64,000 nucleotides of DNA, from positions 63,922,001 to 63,986,000 of the forward strand of contig CM060732.1 in NCBI GenBank assembly GCA_030704615.1, given 5' to 3'. This DNA is from Takakia lepidozioides (taxonomy: Eukaryota; Plantae; Bryophyta). Of the stretch, positions 21,567-34,619 are shown piece by piece (position 1 is the first letter of the stretch; the number at the start of each line of letters is the position of its first letter). The notes beneath the pieces were generated by a model, which saw only the letters and a program-made list of their open reading frames with translations, ran no database searches and was not told the DNA's origin. A program made the translations under genes and the position numbers.

Positions 21567-24500
21567 TCATCTCTTTGTCTGCAAGGTCTTCACTAGTTTG
21601 TCACTCCACACAGTAATGTAACCTACAGTGTCTCCCAACTCAGTGTGATGAGGCTTCATGGATTTGTTGTGATATGGTAGAGGGGCATTGGGAATGCAGA
21701 CATCATCAATGTGGATGGCCACATAGCCTTCTGGCACGATAGGGTACCCTTCACTCACCTCCATCCCTTGGAGACCAGCAATGCGGCCAGATCCGGCTGT
21801 TGATCGCGAAACAGTGTCTATGAGCTTGACATGGTCTCCCACCACGAACTGCCATCCCACCCCAAACATGGCAGATTGCATGAGAATTATGGAACACGGA
21901 TCGTGAAACGTATTGTGTCTACAAGGTCTACAATGAGCTAATAACAATTTGTCTATCCAAGTCAGGGAAGGGGAGAATAGCAGATGCATAGACTTACCCC
22001 ATTCTGCGAATCAGGGATCAGTGGTGTCGGCTTCCTGAAAGGGTGAAGGTGTGCTGCCCTTTGACTTGGGGGGCCTCGTTTGTGCCCAAGCACCTACAAC
22101 CAACCAACAAGCACCAAAAATGTATATTATCTACACTGGGAACTCAAATTACACTAACACAATAAGATGCACCCAAACTGTCAATGCCTACAATTCACAT
22201 TGCGACAGTAATTTGACAAACTCTATCACAACATTGATTACTGCCACAACTTAAGCACAAATGAGGCTGGCAATGGCACAAGGGAGTCACACAAAAATGC
22301 CTCTAATGTCTGGCAGTGTGTACCACACTACAAAGTATGTTACTTGGCGAGGCTGAATGGCTCGAGGGCTGATAGCTTGTTGCCCAAATGTGGGTTGCCC
22401 TTTGAGATATTCTAGAATGCTCGGAGCCTTAGCTGCCCCCTCCAAGAAGGGTCATAAGCTGGTCAGAAGAAAATTATCATTGTGCACCTCTACAGAACGA
22501 CTTCTCCAAGGCAGTGGGAAAATTGCGTTGTATGCTGGATTGTTCGACCCCTTGTGCGGTGTGTCGTCAACAAGAAGAGTGGTTTCAGGATTCCAGTCAC
22601 AGTTGCCCCGCCACACTGTAGATAGGTTCTTCAAAACCCGTGGTTTCATGGGCAGGCTCCCATCCATGTCAGTGGACTGCTCACAATATCCCCCATCCCA
22701 CTTGAATGCAAGGTCACCGTGCCCATGGAAAAGCCAGTCCACTATGGGTAGGAAGTCACGTGGTTGCATACAAGACCATGCTGCCACTTCAAAGTGTTCA
22801 AAACACTTGTCCAAAAAAGCTTTGCAACCAGGCCTTACAACGACCATCTTGCTACCACATAATTTGTGCTCAAGGCCATTTGGAACCACAAACGCATTAT
22901 CGCTCCCGACATGGATGCACTCACACAGCAAGCCATTAATATCTAGGATGAAAAAATGCTTGCCCTTCTCCACTGTTGTGTGCATGACATTCCCCTTCAT
23001 GAATTGAAGGTTGGGAGTGGAAGTGACAACCGTGGATTGCTAGGTAATATCTGCCCGCGGGGAAACAAGGTCAATGTCCAGGGTTGTCTCAAATGTCCCC
23101 ACCGCAACAGCAGTAGGCCGGAGTTCTGCAGGCGCCTCCACTACCGCACAGTGTGACAGAACTGCACGAGGACGCGTAAGTTCCTTGGTAGGGGTGTCCT
23201 CCCCTCCACTTGGGCCAACATGCTCCACCTGCACATCATCCTCAAATGCATCAACTGGAGTGACGTTACCTGGTGACATGCCAGGCAAGTCAAACCTGTC
23301 CTCCAGACGTCTCGAGGCTGAAGGGCCAGCGATGCACGAGCTGTTTGCTACAGACGAGCCCATTAAGGCAGGTGAGGAAATGTTGATCCCAAATTTCTCA
23401 GCCGTGGCCTTCTTGTACATCATCACATGCGATATTGTAGCCTTCAAATCCATTGTATCTTTGTGTTGTGCACCCTGTGCTCTTTCCATATCCTCCACTT
23501 TGCGAGCAATTGCTGAATACCCAGAGGTCCCCTCCTGCCAGGTCCACGCAAGTCCATGAACAACATGAGAACATCATGCCGCTGGTAGGGAAAATGCCTA
23601 GAACAAAATAATCGACAAAAAATGGGAGAAAGAATGATCACGTGGATCTCACCATCTGCTCGCTGGTCAATGTTCTGCTTACTGAACCTTCCTGGATTTC
23701 ATGCAACGATGGACTTCGGCCTCGCTCCTGTGCCTTGCATTTGTCATGTACCAGCTCAGTATGCTAGCATGGTCAGCCATGACGAGCGACATACCATTCT
23801 GGGACAACAGTGATTGAACAGAGGTTTGTCAGACATACTGTTGGGATACAACCAATTTTGGTATCCCCGCGCCCACTAACGTAGTCACTATGTCTGCAGT
23901 AATATAGAGAGCTGAGTGACAAATGCAGCTAATGCAGAAGAGTAATCACCAGCACAACACTACCGTATGTTAATGACCACAAAAAGTCATGTTAACACTC
24001 ACACTCACACTCACTATTGCAGTTTCAAATACTGCCCTGACATCATCATTGCACGACAACTCTGATCAGACCCTCCTCTATCCACACTTATAGATTGGTA
24101 TGTAAAATGAGGACCCCACCCACTACACACTAACAAGTCACAATTCCATCATTCCAAAAAACCCAACCTCACCTAGCTGATTACATACAAACAGTCCAAA
24201 TTAAAGCCCACTTTGGATGTCAAACCCGATTGGAAATTCCCCAAGCATGAGTGCAGGCCAGTTTCCTCACCATCAAGTCATGGTTGAAACAATCAAGTGC
24301 AAATTAATCTTAATAATGAGTTTCATTCATTTGGGGAATGGCTTAATACAAATTATTGCGCCTCCAGAACTCAGAAAGCAACAATTTCATGCAACTTCAC
24401 AACTCTGCCAGTAGACATAATCTGAAATCAGAGAATGAGAGCAACTCTCAGGCAACGACATCAACACAATATGTCTAAGCAGCAACTGGTGAAAATCATG

Positions 24501-27500
24501 TCGTCACATAGACCTCGCACTCCCCGAATATAACTTTCATACGATTCTACTTGCCTTTCTTGATGAACATGAGGGACAACTTACATGAAGTTGCACCACT
24601 ATTCTGACCATGGCGAGACCCAATTGGAAGAAATACAGAAATGTAACCAAGGCATAACAAAATTGCAAAATTGGGTCTCTATCTCCTTCAAGAAGTCTGG
24701 CAAACTGTATTACTGACCACTTGCCAGGACCAAGTAAGAAACATTACCATTGTACTTGACGATTGCAACCTCGCCCAATTTTACAGATGACTACTACGTA
24801 GCACTCACAAAAAACTCCTTCCACAAAAAACAGTCCATTTGATTCGCTATTGAAGTGACTCTTGGACACACCTCCACCCTTAAAGATGCGCTGGGTAGGG
24901 TCTCCGCAATAGAAAAGGCTAGTAGCACTCGGGAAATGAAGCGTAATTCAAGAAACCTGCCTCCCCCCTTAAAGAAAAGCCTACAAGCACTTTGCGACAA
25001 GGTGAATGAACACTTTAGTTCACTCCACAGGCAGCACCCCTTCAAGAAAACCCTGATTGCACTCCACATAATTTGGAGAATTCAATGACAAAGCCTGGTG
25101 GCACTTTGTACTTCCCTCCTAACATGGTGTAAAATGGGGGAAATGGACACCCCATTATAGATTGTACTCATAAGACGTTGTTTGCCGTAGCCTTGTGGCC
25201 ATTGACCCCGCGCCCAGTTTGAGCGGGAACAAAAGGAACAGAACCTACCTCTGTCAGGGGCTGACGTTGGTAGTAAGACTTACCTTCATATAAAGAATTA
25301 ATCCGGGTTTTCCAGATATCCTCTAGAAAACCCTTCACACAAGCATCAATTTGCTGTGTGTGATTTGCCCAAAAACTAGGCCTCAGGAGGGCCGCGGCTT
25401 TTGGCTCAGCCTCGAGACTTTCAAAGTTGGTAAACAGGGGTACATGCACAATTCCCTTGATTGAATTGAAGAGAGCGTCTCTTTGGTGAGAGAACCCCGG
25501 ACAGTGTATCAGAAAATGAACACTGTCTTCAGATTGCCCACACAACGGACAATTGCACTCTCCCTTTCCTCTCTGCTTCTGTTTGCTGTTCAAAGATAGG
25601 CCTCCTGCCTTGAGTTTAAATTTCAGTCTAGTGCCGAGAGTGGGTAGACCCTTGAGGTCATCCAAGATGTCCACCCCCATGTCACTGACTGGAAACAAGT
25701 TCAAGGAAGTTCTCTGCCTAACTTCATTTTCATCAGACAATCTCATGGCAACAGACATGGCTGAGGACACTACAGCCTCTAAGTCAGATTTATCCAGCAG
25801 GGTCAAGACTTGCGGATCCAGGTCCAGGTCCTTGAGAATCTTTTCTACTCTCTTCTGCCAGGACTTAGCCTGTTTGACATTATAAACAACAATCAGCCAA
25901 GGCAAAGAGGGCAAAAAGACTGGTGTGTGAACTTACAAGCCGAGCCTCAACAGATGCCTTCCCACCACGTCCTGTTTTTGAAGGCTTCTTGATTGATGAA
26001 TTTGCAACCTTCATGAGGGCACTTTTTGCGCTGAATCCTGCTGTCTGCCAATACGATACCAGCCTGTCCCAATGAGCTTCCTTCAGATGCGTAGGCCTCC
26101 CCTCGCCTGCCTTGTACACTGCATGGATCTCGTGTCTTTGGGTTTTCAAGGCAATGCCAAGTGTCTTCCTCATGTGCTCATAGTCAAGACCACGTGGTGT
26201 GTACGCAAATGTAGAGTTTAGAATCCTATATATTTCTTCAATGACACATTCATCCTGCGCTGCAATATGCATTGACATGTCACACAAACGCCATATCTGG
26301 CCTTTGAGGGCTGCATGCCAGGTATTGCATGCTGGTCCAATGGGCTCTCCAGCTTTGTCAACCGGAAGCACTTGAGGGGGGAGTCCATCTTCCTCTCGCG
26401 CATCATGGTTTCGGATTGCCTCTGCCCTGGCTCGCCTGTTCGCCCGCCTCAAAGCATTAGCTCGCTCCTTCTTGGTCATAGGGATGTCTTCCTTTGCCTC
26501 CTCAGGTGGTGGGGCAGCTGGGGGTTGCCATGGGGAATGGGGGGCGGGCCTATCGCCCACTGTATGGCCCAAAAGGTTCGTATGGTGGACGTGTAGATGC
26601 CGGGTAAGCATGTGGGTCTGGGAGGTAAGGGGGAATAGGTGGAGGAGAATGGGCATATGGCTGCTGCGGGTAACCACCTAGAGGGGGCTTGTATTGGATG
26701 TGCGGGTTGTAAGGGTCCGCAGCGCCATACTGATCGGGGGTGGGGTAGGCATGTGGGTAATGTGTGTACGGAGGGTACTGTGGAATAGGTCGTGGAGGTG
26801 GTCGTGCTGTGCCTGGGGACTTGTTTGTAGCAGGGTTGACTTGTTTGAACAACCCCCGTCCCGATGGACTGCCCACCACAGCTGCAGCGCCTTCGATGGA
26901 AGCTCGCCTCTTCCTGGCCTGCACAGAATAAAAACCAATTCAAACATTAAAGTCAATCAAAGCATTCAAATGAAATCATGGCAACTTAAAAAAAAATTAA
27001 CGCCGTGCACTTGCCATTTTAATGCTTTGATTGTACTCATCCTACTATGAGCAGGTCCTCATCCCCTCAGACTCATCAGGTGCCCCACACTTTTGTTTAC
27101 CCAACTTGGAAAGTGGGGGCTGAGCTAAATCTACATGGCCAATTCCAAAGCCTACCTAGTGGGGAGACCTCACAAACCATTGGCATGCTTGTATCAAAGC
27201 GTGCATACAAGAAGCATCAGTGGGTAGATGGACTCATTTGAATGGACATTGCATTTTAGTTGTAAACAGAAACATCACTGTGTATCAACCTCTTAGTAAG
27301 AGCCTTTGACTTAAACCCAAACTGTGTACACGATGAAGATATAGCGAAAGGGCTTGATTTCCTATCCCATTGTGGGGTTTCACTGCCTATATGCTCGGGC
27401 ATCCCTTCCTTGCTATATGCAAATTTCTCCAGCAATGCCATCTCCCCAATGTGAAATTCCCAAAGTGAGAACTTTGCAAATGTGATTGCATTCAAAGTTG

Positions 27501-27860
27501 TGCCACGTCCACTGCCAGATTTTCTGTGGCTTCCACCTTTCAACCTCTTCTGTGTGGGAAGTGCATTTACATCCTGGAATGCTAAGAAAGTCTCAGACAC
27601 GTTCTATACATTTGCATGCTTCCTTCATGGGTATGCTCAGCATGTCAATGCATAGGAATGCTGAAGATGTGGCGTCATAGTGAGCAGGTGCTTACAGATG
27701 GTGATTTTGCCGGCGACGGGCGTTTCTGGGGAAGCGAGGGTGCAGGAGCTGGGTGGCGAAGGACATCTTTGCTGGAATCGCCAGTGTGCTCGCCTGCAGG
27801 GACACACAACAAATCCTCCTCCTCGTCTTCGTCTACGTACTGCCGTGCCTCGTCGGCCAT
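21567..27860 (-). pseudogene. TnpA-like multi-exon gene: Pro-rich region, Ptta/En/Spm-like domain, FCP1-like phosphatase, Tnp1/En/Spm-like C-terminus
   Basis: 25935-26470: PTHLKEAHWDRLVSYWQT...SKTGRGGKASVEARL. 23498-22345 is one frame with two single stops and contains ILDINGLL, RPGCKAFL, LLVDDTPHK. 21567-21870: VAIHIDDVCIPNAPLPY...LGDTVGYITVWSDKLV. 5' exons are uncertain. Confidence 0.65.
25168..25880 (-). mobile_element. 5'-truncated LINE, ORF2 C-terminus with a CCHC zinc finger, inside a TnpA intron
   Basis: RLKFKLKAGGLSLN...CPLCGQSEDSVHFLIHC...FLEDIWKTR is typical of non-LTR ORF2 ends. Confidence 0.75.
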
Positions 27861-29429
27861 TGTTTCTAGCCTTCCACTGCGTCTGGGTGGTCCCGTGGAT
27901 AGTGGAGGTCGACGGCAAGCACGCTTTGGTTTCAGAGCAACAAGCCTGCAAGCCTCGCCCCATGAAGAAATTAACCAATCCCGCTCTCTTCATGGTGCGC
28001 CATGATAGTGTGGAGACAGGCGACGCCTCACAACCATCATTCTGTGTACCTAGCAATGCAATCCCAACACTGGGAATCTAGAAAAACTCGTAGACCCTAA
28101 AGACAAGAATGCGGGCAATTTCAGGCTAAACAGTAAACCTCTCACATTTAAAAAAAAAAACCCCTAATGACAAGCCCCTGCAATGCGATGTCTGACAACC
28201 CCAAACTAAAGTATTCGGGTCAGTTGAGCACTTCGGTTGAGGTGGAATGCTCTCCTGCGAGATAGCGGCCACAACACTAGGGTGAGCCGCCTCTCAGTAT
28301 ACTCACAGTGGGTGCGAACCAAACAACTCCGCCTCAACCTCTTTGTTGCGAGCAATGCAGGTCTCCCTTAGCTTCTCATACGCAGTCAGGGGACCGCACG
28401 GGGAGGGCCTGACCATGACAGTCTGACATCAGCTGCAAAGACCCTTGCACACCCCCTGTGTAAGTACGATGTATACAATGAGAGCGGGGTTTCGGCTGAC
28501 AGCTCAACGACTCCGTGTGCGCAGGAAAGATGAGAAACTGTGGCGACTAGAGGAGGCGCATGCCATTGCACAAGGGCACCGCAAAATATTGTGCAACTGC
28601 AGAATATGCCATGGAGGGATCCTGCAGTTTCTACCGATGGCCAAAAAGCACCTAACAAAGTATGGGAGGGACCCAAACCTTCGACAGTGTACAGTCCCGG
28701 TACGCCTTGCACGATGCACGCACTCTGACATGTTTACAGCACGCCCGCGCATGTCCGCATTTTGGACAGTCGTGGGAGTGACCGGAGTCCGAACTACGTG
28801 TCGTTCTTCCGTTGGATGTATTGGAGTCATGGAGTCATAGTGATGGAGTCATGTAGTTGGTAGTGCGTGAGAGTAGTCATGTCCATGACTTCATGACCGC
28901 GGATCATGGACATCTCAACGGGGGTTGCTATTCCATGAGCTCATGAGCGGTGAGCTCATGAGCTCATGAGCGGGCATGGCTAACCCATGAGCCGCAAAGT
29001 AACACACTTCAAATTTCGGCAGATTTTTTTCGGGCCAAAAACTATAAAATAATCAAAAATCGAAGATTTCCGCGCTCATGCTGGAAGTACTCCGCTCATG
29101 AGTACCAGTGTACGCTCATGACTTGGAGCCCAGGCTCATGGACCGCCAGGCCAGGTCATAGAATAACAGAATTCTGGGCAATAACGGCACCGAAATTATC
29201 CCAGAGGCAGAGACGCAAGCGGAATTAGGATCCGGGTTTGCAGACTCCGAAAACGCAATGGCGACCTATAACCGTGGATAGTACTATTGCAGAAGTGCAG
29301 GATGGTTGGTTATAACGAGGCCGTAATTGGGCACAGGAAAAGAAATAGCGCGCTGAAGGCTCGGGAGTGAAGCCAACAACGGTGAAAGTAATTGGGCTCT
29401 GCCAACCAAATACCCGGCTGCATCCTCCG

Positions 29430-29660
29430 GAATGCAGGCGATAACGGCGCCGAAATGGGCCCCGGAAACCAAATACTCGGCTGAAGCCACCGGAGAGCAG
29501 CCGATAACGGCGCCGAAATTGGGTCCGGAAACCAAATACCCGGCTGAAGGCTGGGGATTGCAACCAATAACGGCGCCGAAATTGACCTGCGGAAACAAAA
29601 TTCTCGGCTGAAGCTTCCGCACTCCATGTAATAACGGCGCCGAAATTGGGCGTCGGAGAG
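29430..29660. repeat. About 63-bp degenerate tandem repeat (4 units) carrying ATAACGGCGCCGAAAT
   Basis: Motif at ~29441, 29504, 29567 and 29631. Confidence 0.8.
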
Positions 29661-29768
29661 CAAATACCCGCCTTACGGTGAGGGAGGCCTTGCTCTCATT
29701 TTGCTCTTCACTCTTCTCTGTTGTGCCCATCTCCTCCCTGCTTTGAGTTCGTGTTGTGTCGTGAGGCC

Positions 29769-30320
29769 ATGTCGTGCCCGAATCACATCTATCGACGCCA
29801 GACGGGAGTCATTTTCCCGAAAGCAGACGACATCATTGTCTTCCTGGATGTTTACAGGGACGATCCTCGACTTGTCCAGCTGAGAGCAATGGAGTTTCTT
29901 CCAGGATTGCACGACTCTCCTGGACCCCGGCTGGGGAGCAGGTGGTTCCTACGCATCATGGACCTGGACTTTCCGCATGTGTGGGAGCCGAACAGATCAC
30001 GCACAGCGTTGCTGTATCGCTGGAATTGTTGCGAGTGGACGTATGATGAGTGCATAGGTGAAAACTTTACGCGTGGACGGACTGGCTCGGAAAGTGGGGA
30101 CATTCTCTTCAGTTATGAGGATGAGGAGGAGGGGAACACAGGGCCCACTGTGAAAATGTCCTTCTACCAAGGGGGCGCTATCGATAAACACGACATCCTC
30201 GTTAGTTTCAACTGGGCGACAGAAACCACTGACATTTTGTTCAAATATAGGCACCCGGTCACTCAGGAGGTCCTTGAGAGGCCAGTTCGAGTTCCTTCTT
30301 CTTGGGCGAGGGGACCATAG
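29769..30320 (+). CDS. Hypothetical protein (~183 aa), accessory ORF of MULE-2
   Basis: Uninterrupted ORF from ATG 29769 with globular-looking composition. No family recognised. Confidence 0.4.
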   Translation: MSCPNHIYRRQTGVIFPKADDIIVFLDVYRDDPRLVQLRAMEFLPGLHDSPGPRLGSRWFLRIMDLDFPHVWEPNRSRTALLYRWNCCEWTYDECIGENFTRGRTGSESGDILFSYEDEEEGNTGPTVKMSFYQGGAIDKHDILVSFNWATETTDILFKYRHPVTQEVLERPVRVPSSWARGP

Positions 30321-30776
30321 GTCTTGCATGCTAGAGTAGACATGTTTCAACTTGCTGACACTCATGGCACATACATTTTCATTCAGAAATCAAGCAGCTT
30401 CCCTGTGCCATATGGGGAATATACAGGCTTCGATAATCTTCTGTTAATGTTATTTGCAATTCACTGCCAGTATGCTGGGACGTGTCCTTTGTCGTATGGA
30501 TTGCTGTTTGCACAAGGTGCAGTATGCAAATGCTGGAATGTGCAGTAGGACCCTTCCCACTGGGACACAGAACTAGCAATCTTGTAAAGGCATCACATTT
30601 GCAGAACAGTAACAATGTATTTGTAGCAAATTGGAGTCTTCTCATAAAGGTGGACGAAATTCACATGTAGCCATGGCGATGCGGCACCACCAAGTGTATA
30701 ATTCCTCACAAAAAAATAGGGTGCAAGAAGATGAATGTAATATAATTGCCACTAACTCCTTCCCGAATGTGGAATG

Positions 30777-33700
30777 TCAAGCAGTCCGACCAGTATCCTG
30801 CCGTAGGGCCTTGTGCAGCTCGTTGAAACTCAGTGTTGGAGCATGGATGAAGACGTCCACTGCGGATATGCAACTCATGCGCTTCATAAAAATGTAATAA
30901 AGGTGTTTGCAGGGGACGTATGCTGCATTCCTCGATTCCATAACAAGGAAGTCCTCACAGTTACAAGCTGGGTACTGTGAAACCGTGATTGCATACACGA
31001 CACTGCGCGCAGCAGACCCGGCTGTTGACAACTGAAATATGCGCCCCATCCCGGGGTGAGGAACATCCCTGCAACCTTGCACTATGCAGGGCATTGCAAG
31101 AGCGTTGGCCATCCTGGTGTCGTTCGCCTTTGTTGGTGGCCGCCGTCTTTTCAGTTTACCCCACCGATGGGTGGGCCAAGCTGCGGGGTCACCCACCGGT
31201 ATGCGGGGCGAAGAGCTTCTCGTGGGAGGAGGATGACGATTGGGAATTGGATTTCGTGGAACGTCTGTCCTCTCCACCAGTCGAAACCCTGCACTTCCTA
31301 GAGCGTCTGCCTCCTCCAGGGTAAGATCTGTACCACTTGCCACAGGCCAGACTGCCGGTGGTTCAGGCATGCCTTGTACACCATACTTGGGCTTGCCGAA
31401 CACACACGACATGATGTCGTGCCTGCAGAACCAAAACTCCTTCAGTGTGGCCTCCACAAACTTTGCGCACACAAATCTCCCTGTGAAGCAAGGGGCAGGC
31501 ACACCGCCCTGCGGGCTCCTCCGAATCATCTCATTGCATCTCTGGTTGGTGTCGACACGAACAGCACAACATTTGCCACGAAATGTCGGACGGGTCCGTG
31601 CAATTCTCCACTGCGAGGCCGACACATCTCGCTCCACGATTGGAATGTTGTATTGGGTAACGAAAACAGGAGCAGCATGCCCATCCTCGGCATGTTGTCC
31701 CGAGTCTGGCAGCGATTCCATGGATGCTGCAGGAGAGGGGGTACGAGTCCTGCTTCGTGGAGGCGTGGGACGCAACATCGTTGCGCCCCGAGGTTGAGTG
31801 CGGATGTTCATATCTGATCTCCATGAATCCCCATCCCCTCCGGGCATGTCCTCAATTCTTCTCTTCACCGGCCGGCTGCGGACATCGCCCTCCAGGCAGT
31901 TCCCCCGACTGTGTAACGGCGTTGACCTTATAGTTTCCCGCAATGCAGCAGTCCATTTTTTGGGATCGGTCGAACGATGCGCCGCCCTCATCAGCATCTC
32001 CTGCCTGTCTGGTCCGATACCCCATTGCTTTCCTCCAGAAACTGGTAGTAATGAGATTGTTGCATGATGGCCCTCACAATATCTTCTGTTGTTGCTGTCA
32101 ACATGTCAACGAGATGTGCTGCAGAGGAAGCACGCCAGGAAGAGTGCACCGATTCGGCCATGTTCGTCGTCGGCATATCCGTGTCATCCTCCAAGCTCAT
32201 GTCCTGTTGAAGGAAATTAGATATGTCACTGATTGTGGAGAATGTCCAAGCACAAAACAGAACAATTGTCAAGTACAGAAATGTGTTACCTGTCTCATGT
32301 AGTCTCCAAACTGGCGGAATCTATAATGCCACCACGCAAGCCACGTTTGCAGTTCTGGCTGATCTTTCACATCCACTGCCCATGAAGACACCCACCAGGC
32401 GCGTATGGTTGCAAACTCGGTCTCCGCCTCGTCGATGGAATTCGCATTTTTCCACGCTAGGCACATACTGATATGATCCTGCCGGTGGCGTGACGCCACG
32501 AACCTTTTCGTGTTTTGCGTCAAACTCTGCATGAAGTGGAACCCGCAAGATCTCTCCTTTCCTTCCATTGGAGTCTTTGGGTCGTCCCCATATACCCTCC
32601 TAACTGCAGCCCAGTTTGCCTGGGCATTGTCAGCCATGAAGCCCCTAAAATCGGGAGGGGGCAACTTGGCTCTCGCCATTTGCTCATTAATGCCGCGCCA
32701 CATATGCAACTCCGAATCTGTGTCTTTCCCTTCATTTCGCAGATAGCAATGGTCATCAACTTTCTGCAATGTGGGTCGTATACATGTGCCCCCATTGTCA
32801 CCCAATCGTGGTTGGTAATTCGCCGGATGTGGTCAAACATGACCCAACAATTTGAGAGGTCTCCACTGGTCATCCGCTTCACCAAATCGACGCCGCTCCC
32901 CGGTCCGCACGTTGACATCTTAAATATGAAGCACCTGTCCATCTCCGAGCCTTGACCAGGAAAGAAGCTGCCTTGGATGAAGTCGTAGCCGCATGTGCGT
33001 TTCACTTCCAAGATGGAGTGCATGTCTGATCCTCTTCCGATTCGTTTCTTGCAGCTGACAATGTGGTTCCTGACATTGGGGCTGCACACATGGGAGACAG
33101 CTTCCAGCAGGTCCTTCATGTCCCCCTCGCCCAGCTTCTCTCTTGTGCTTCCGTCCTCCGACATTATTCTGCCAATTGCAATCCTATGTGCCGATGCGAG
33201 CTGTATCTGCTTTGGTTTTGCACCCGGCCTCAACCTCACCTCCTCCTTGATAATATCCTGGGCTTGTTGAAAAGCGACTCTGCAATTGCCTCTGGCGAGG
33301 GGGTGCTCATGCTTTCCGATGTGAATGCATGCTCTGGTGCACGCTGGGCCGACGGTCCCGACGTAGTACTGCTTGGCGTTGCACACTGCCATGCACGTAG
33401 GGGCTGCGTTGCAATGGGCACACTTGAACGTCCCTGCAGGAACTCTACCTTGAGGCCAAAATGGGGTCGACGAATTGCCAATCCAGTCAGTCTCATTCCT
33501 GGTGCCTTTGCTAGTGTAATGGTAACATGTGCTCGAGAAACATTTAAGATGCCCAGCACACAATACATATCTCACTCGAACTCCATCACCCAGGTTGGAC
33601 GATGAAGTTTTGGTGACACACCAAGGGTGGCCGTCATGTTTCCTGTTCATTCCTGCGAGCATGCCGTCTGGGCCTGCGCCTGCCGGCACTGGAGGGAACT

Positions 33701-34373
33701 CGTAGATAGCATTCCCATCCACAACATCAGGCAAAGTTTCCACAGAATGGATTGGAGTTTTGTCGTAATCAAGCCTAAGAAGGTCACTGGAGCGGGAACC
33801 CGTTGTCTTCATCCTCCGCAATATGTCGATTGCTGAGCGGATGGAAGTTGAGTCGGACGGTGTATGCTGAACACTCCTAGTGACGGACGACTTCGAAACA
33901 TACGATGGAAGGACCATACAGTCTTCATCGTCACTGGATAAGTCCTGGACGACTGTTTCCCTGTTTTCCTGGATTTCCCTTTTCACATGTTTGGGCTTCT
34001 CTGCTTGTGAAGAGGTGCCCACATCCTTCACATCTTGCACCCCAGACCCTCTTGTGGAAGGAGGATCAACCAAGTTCCAGCGTGGGAACTCTTTAGGCAC
34101 GATTTCACCAATGGCACTGTACCGGATGGATTCAGAAGCTGGGAGCCGCCACTCTTTGCCTTTTCCGAAATCTGCATGCAGAATGACGGCACTTTCCAGA
34201 AAATTTCCATAAGCATCCTTCGTCTCCTCTTCCAAAAACACCGTTCCAGGGCGGAGCCCGAACTTCACACACAAGTACTGCTCAGTGACAATCGCAAATC
34301 CTTGGTCGCAGGGTATTTTAGCTTTCAGAGAATCAGGATGGAAGTACACGTTGACCCAAACACGGGAGTCCAT
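30777..34373 (-). pseudogene. MULE transposase of MULE-2 (two frameshifts)
   Basis: Collinear with 15458-19029: KHDGHPWC, WVMFDH, FMADNAQAN, CGFHF, NMAESVH, SWIM CNCEDF..PCKH. The intron is at the same position (~32206-32289). Frame changes near 32727 and 32032. Confidence 0.85.
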
Positions 34374-34619
34374 TTTGAAGACGGGACCTCTCGGTACGCT
34401 CCGCAGCGAAGTCCTGCAATGAGAAGAGTGTGTCCTACCTAATAACACAAATGATTTTCTGGAGGATTCCGTATCCAACATGATGGGTGATCAGTGCACG
34501 TAAAGATGAAGGTGTGTAACGTACGTTAAAAAAACGGACGAAAACAGCAAGTTCACATCGGATATTTGGTGCCTGAATTGTAATGTACAACCACTTGGGG
34601 TACAATAAATCAGGCCTTC

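Noticed and set aside
23034-23042. Readthrough at TAG-CAATCC before the FCP1 domain
   Set aside because: It only partly matches CARYYA, and a second stop in the same frame points to pseudogenisation.
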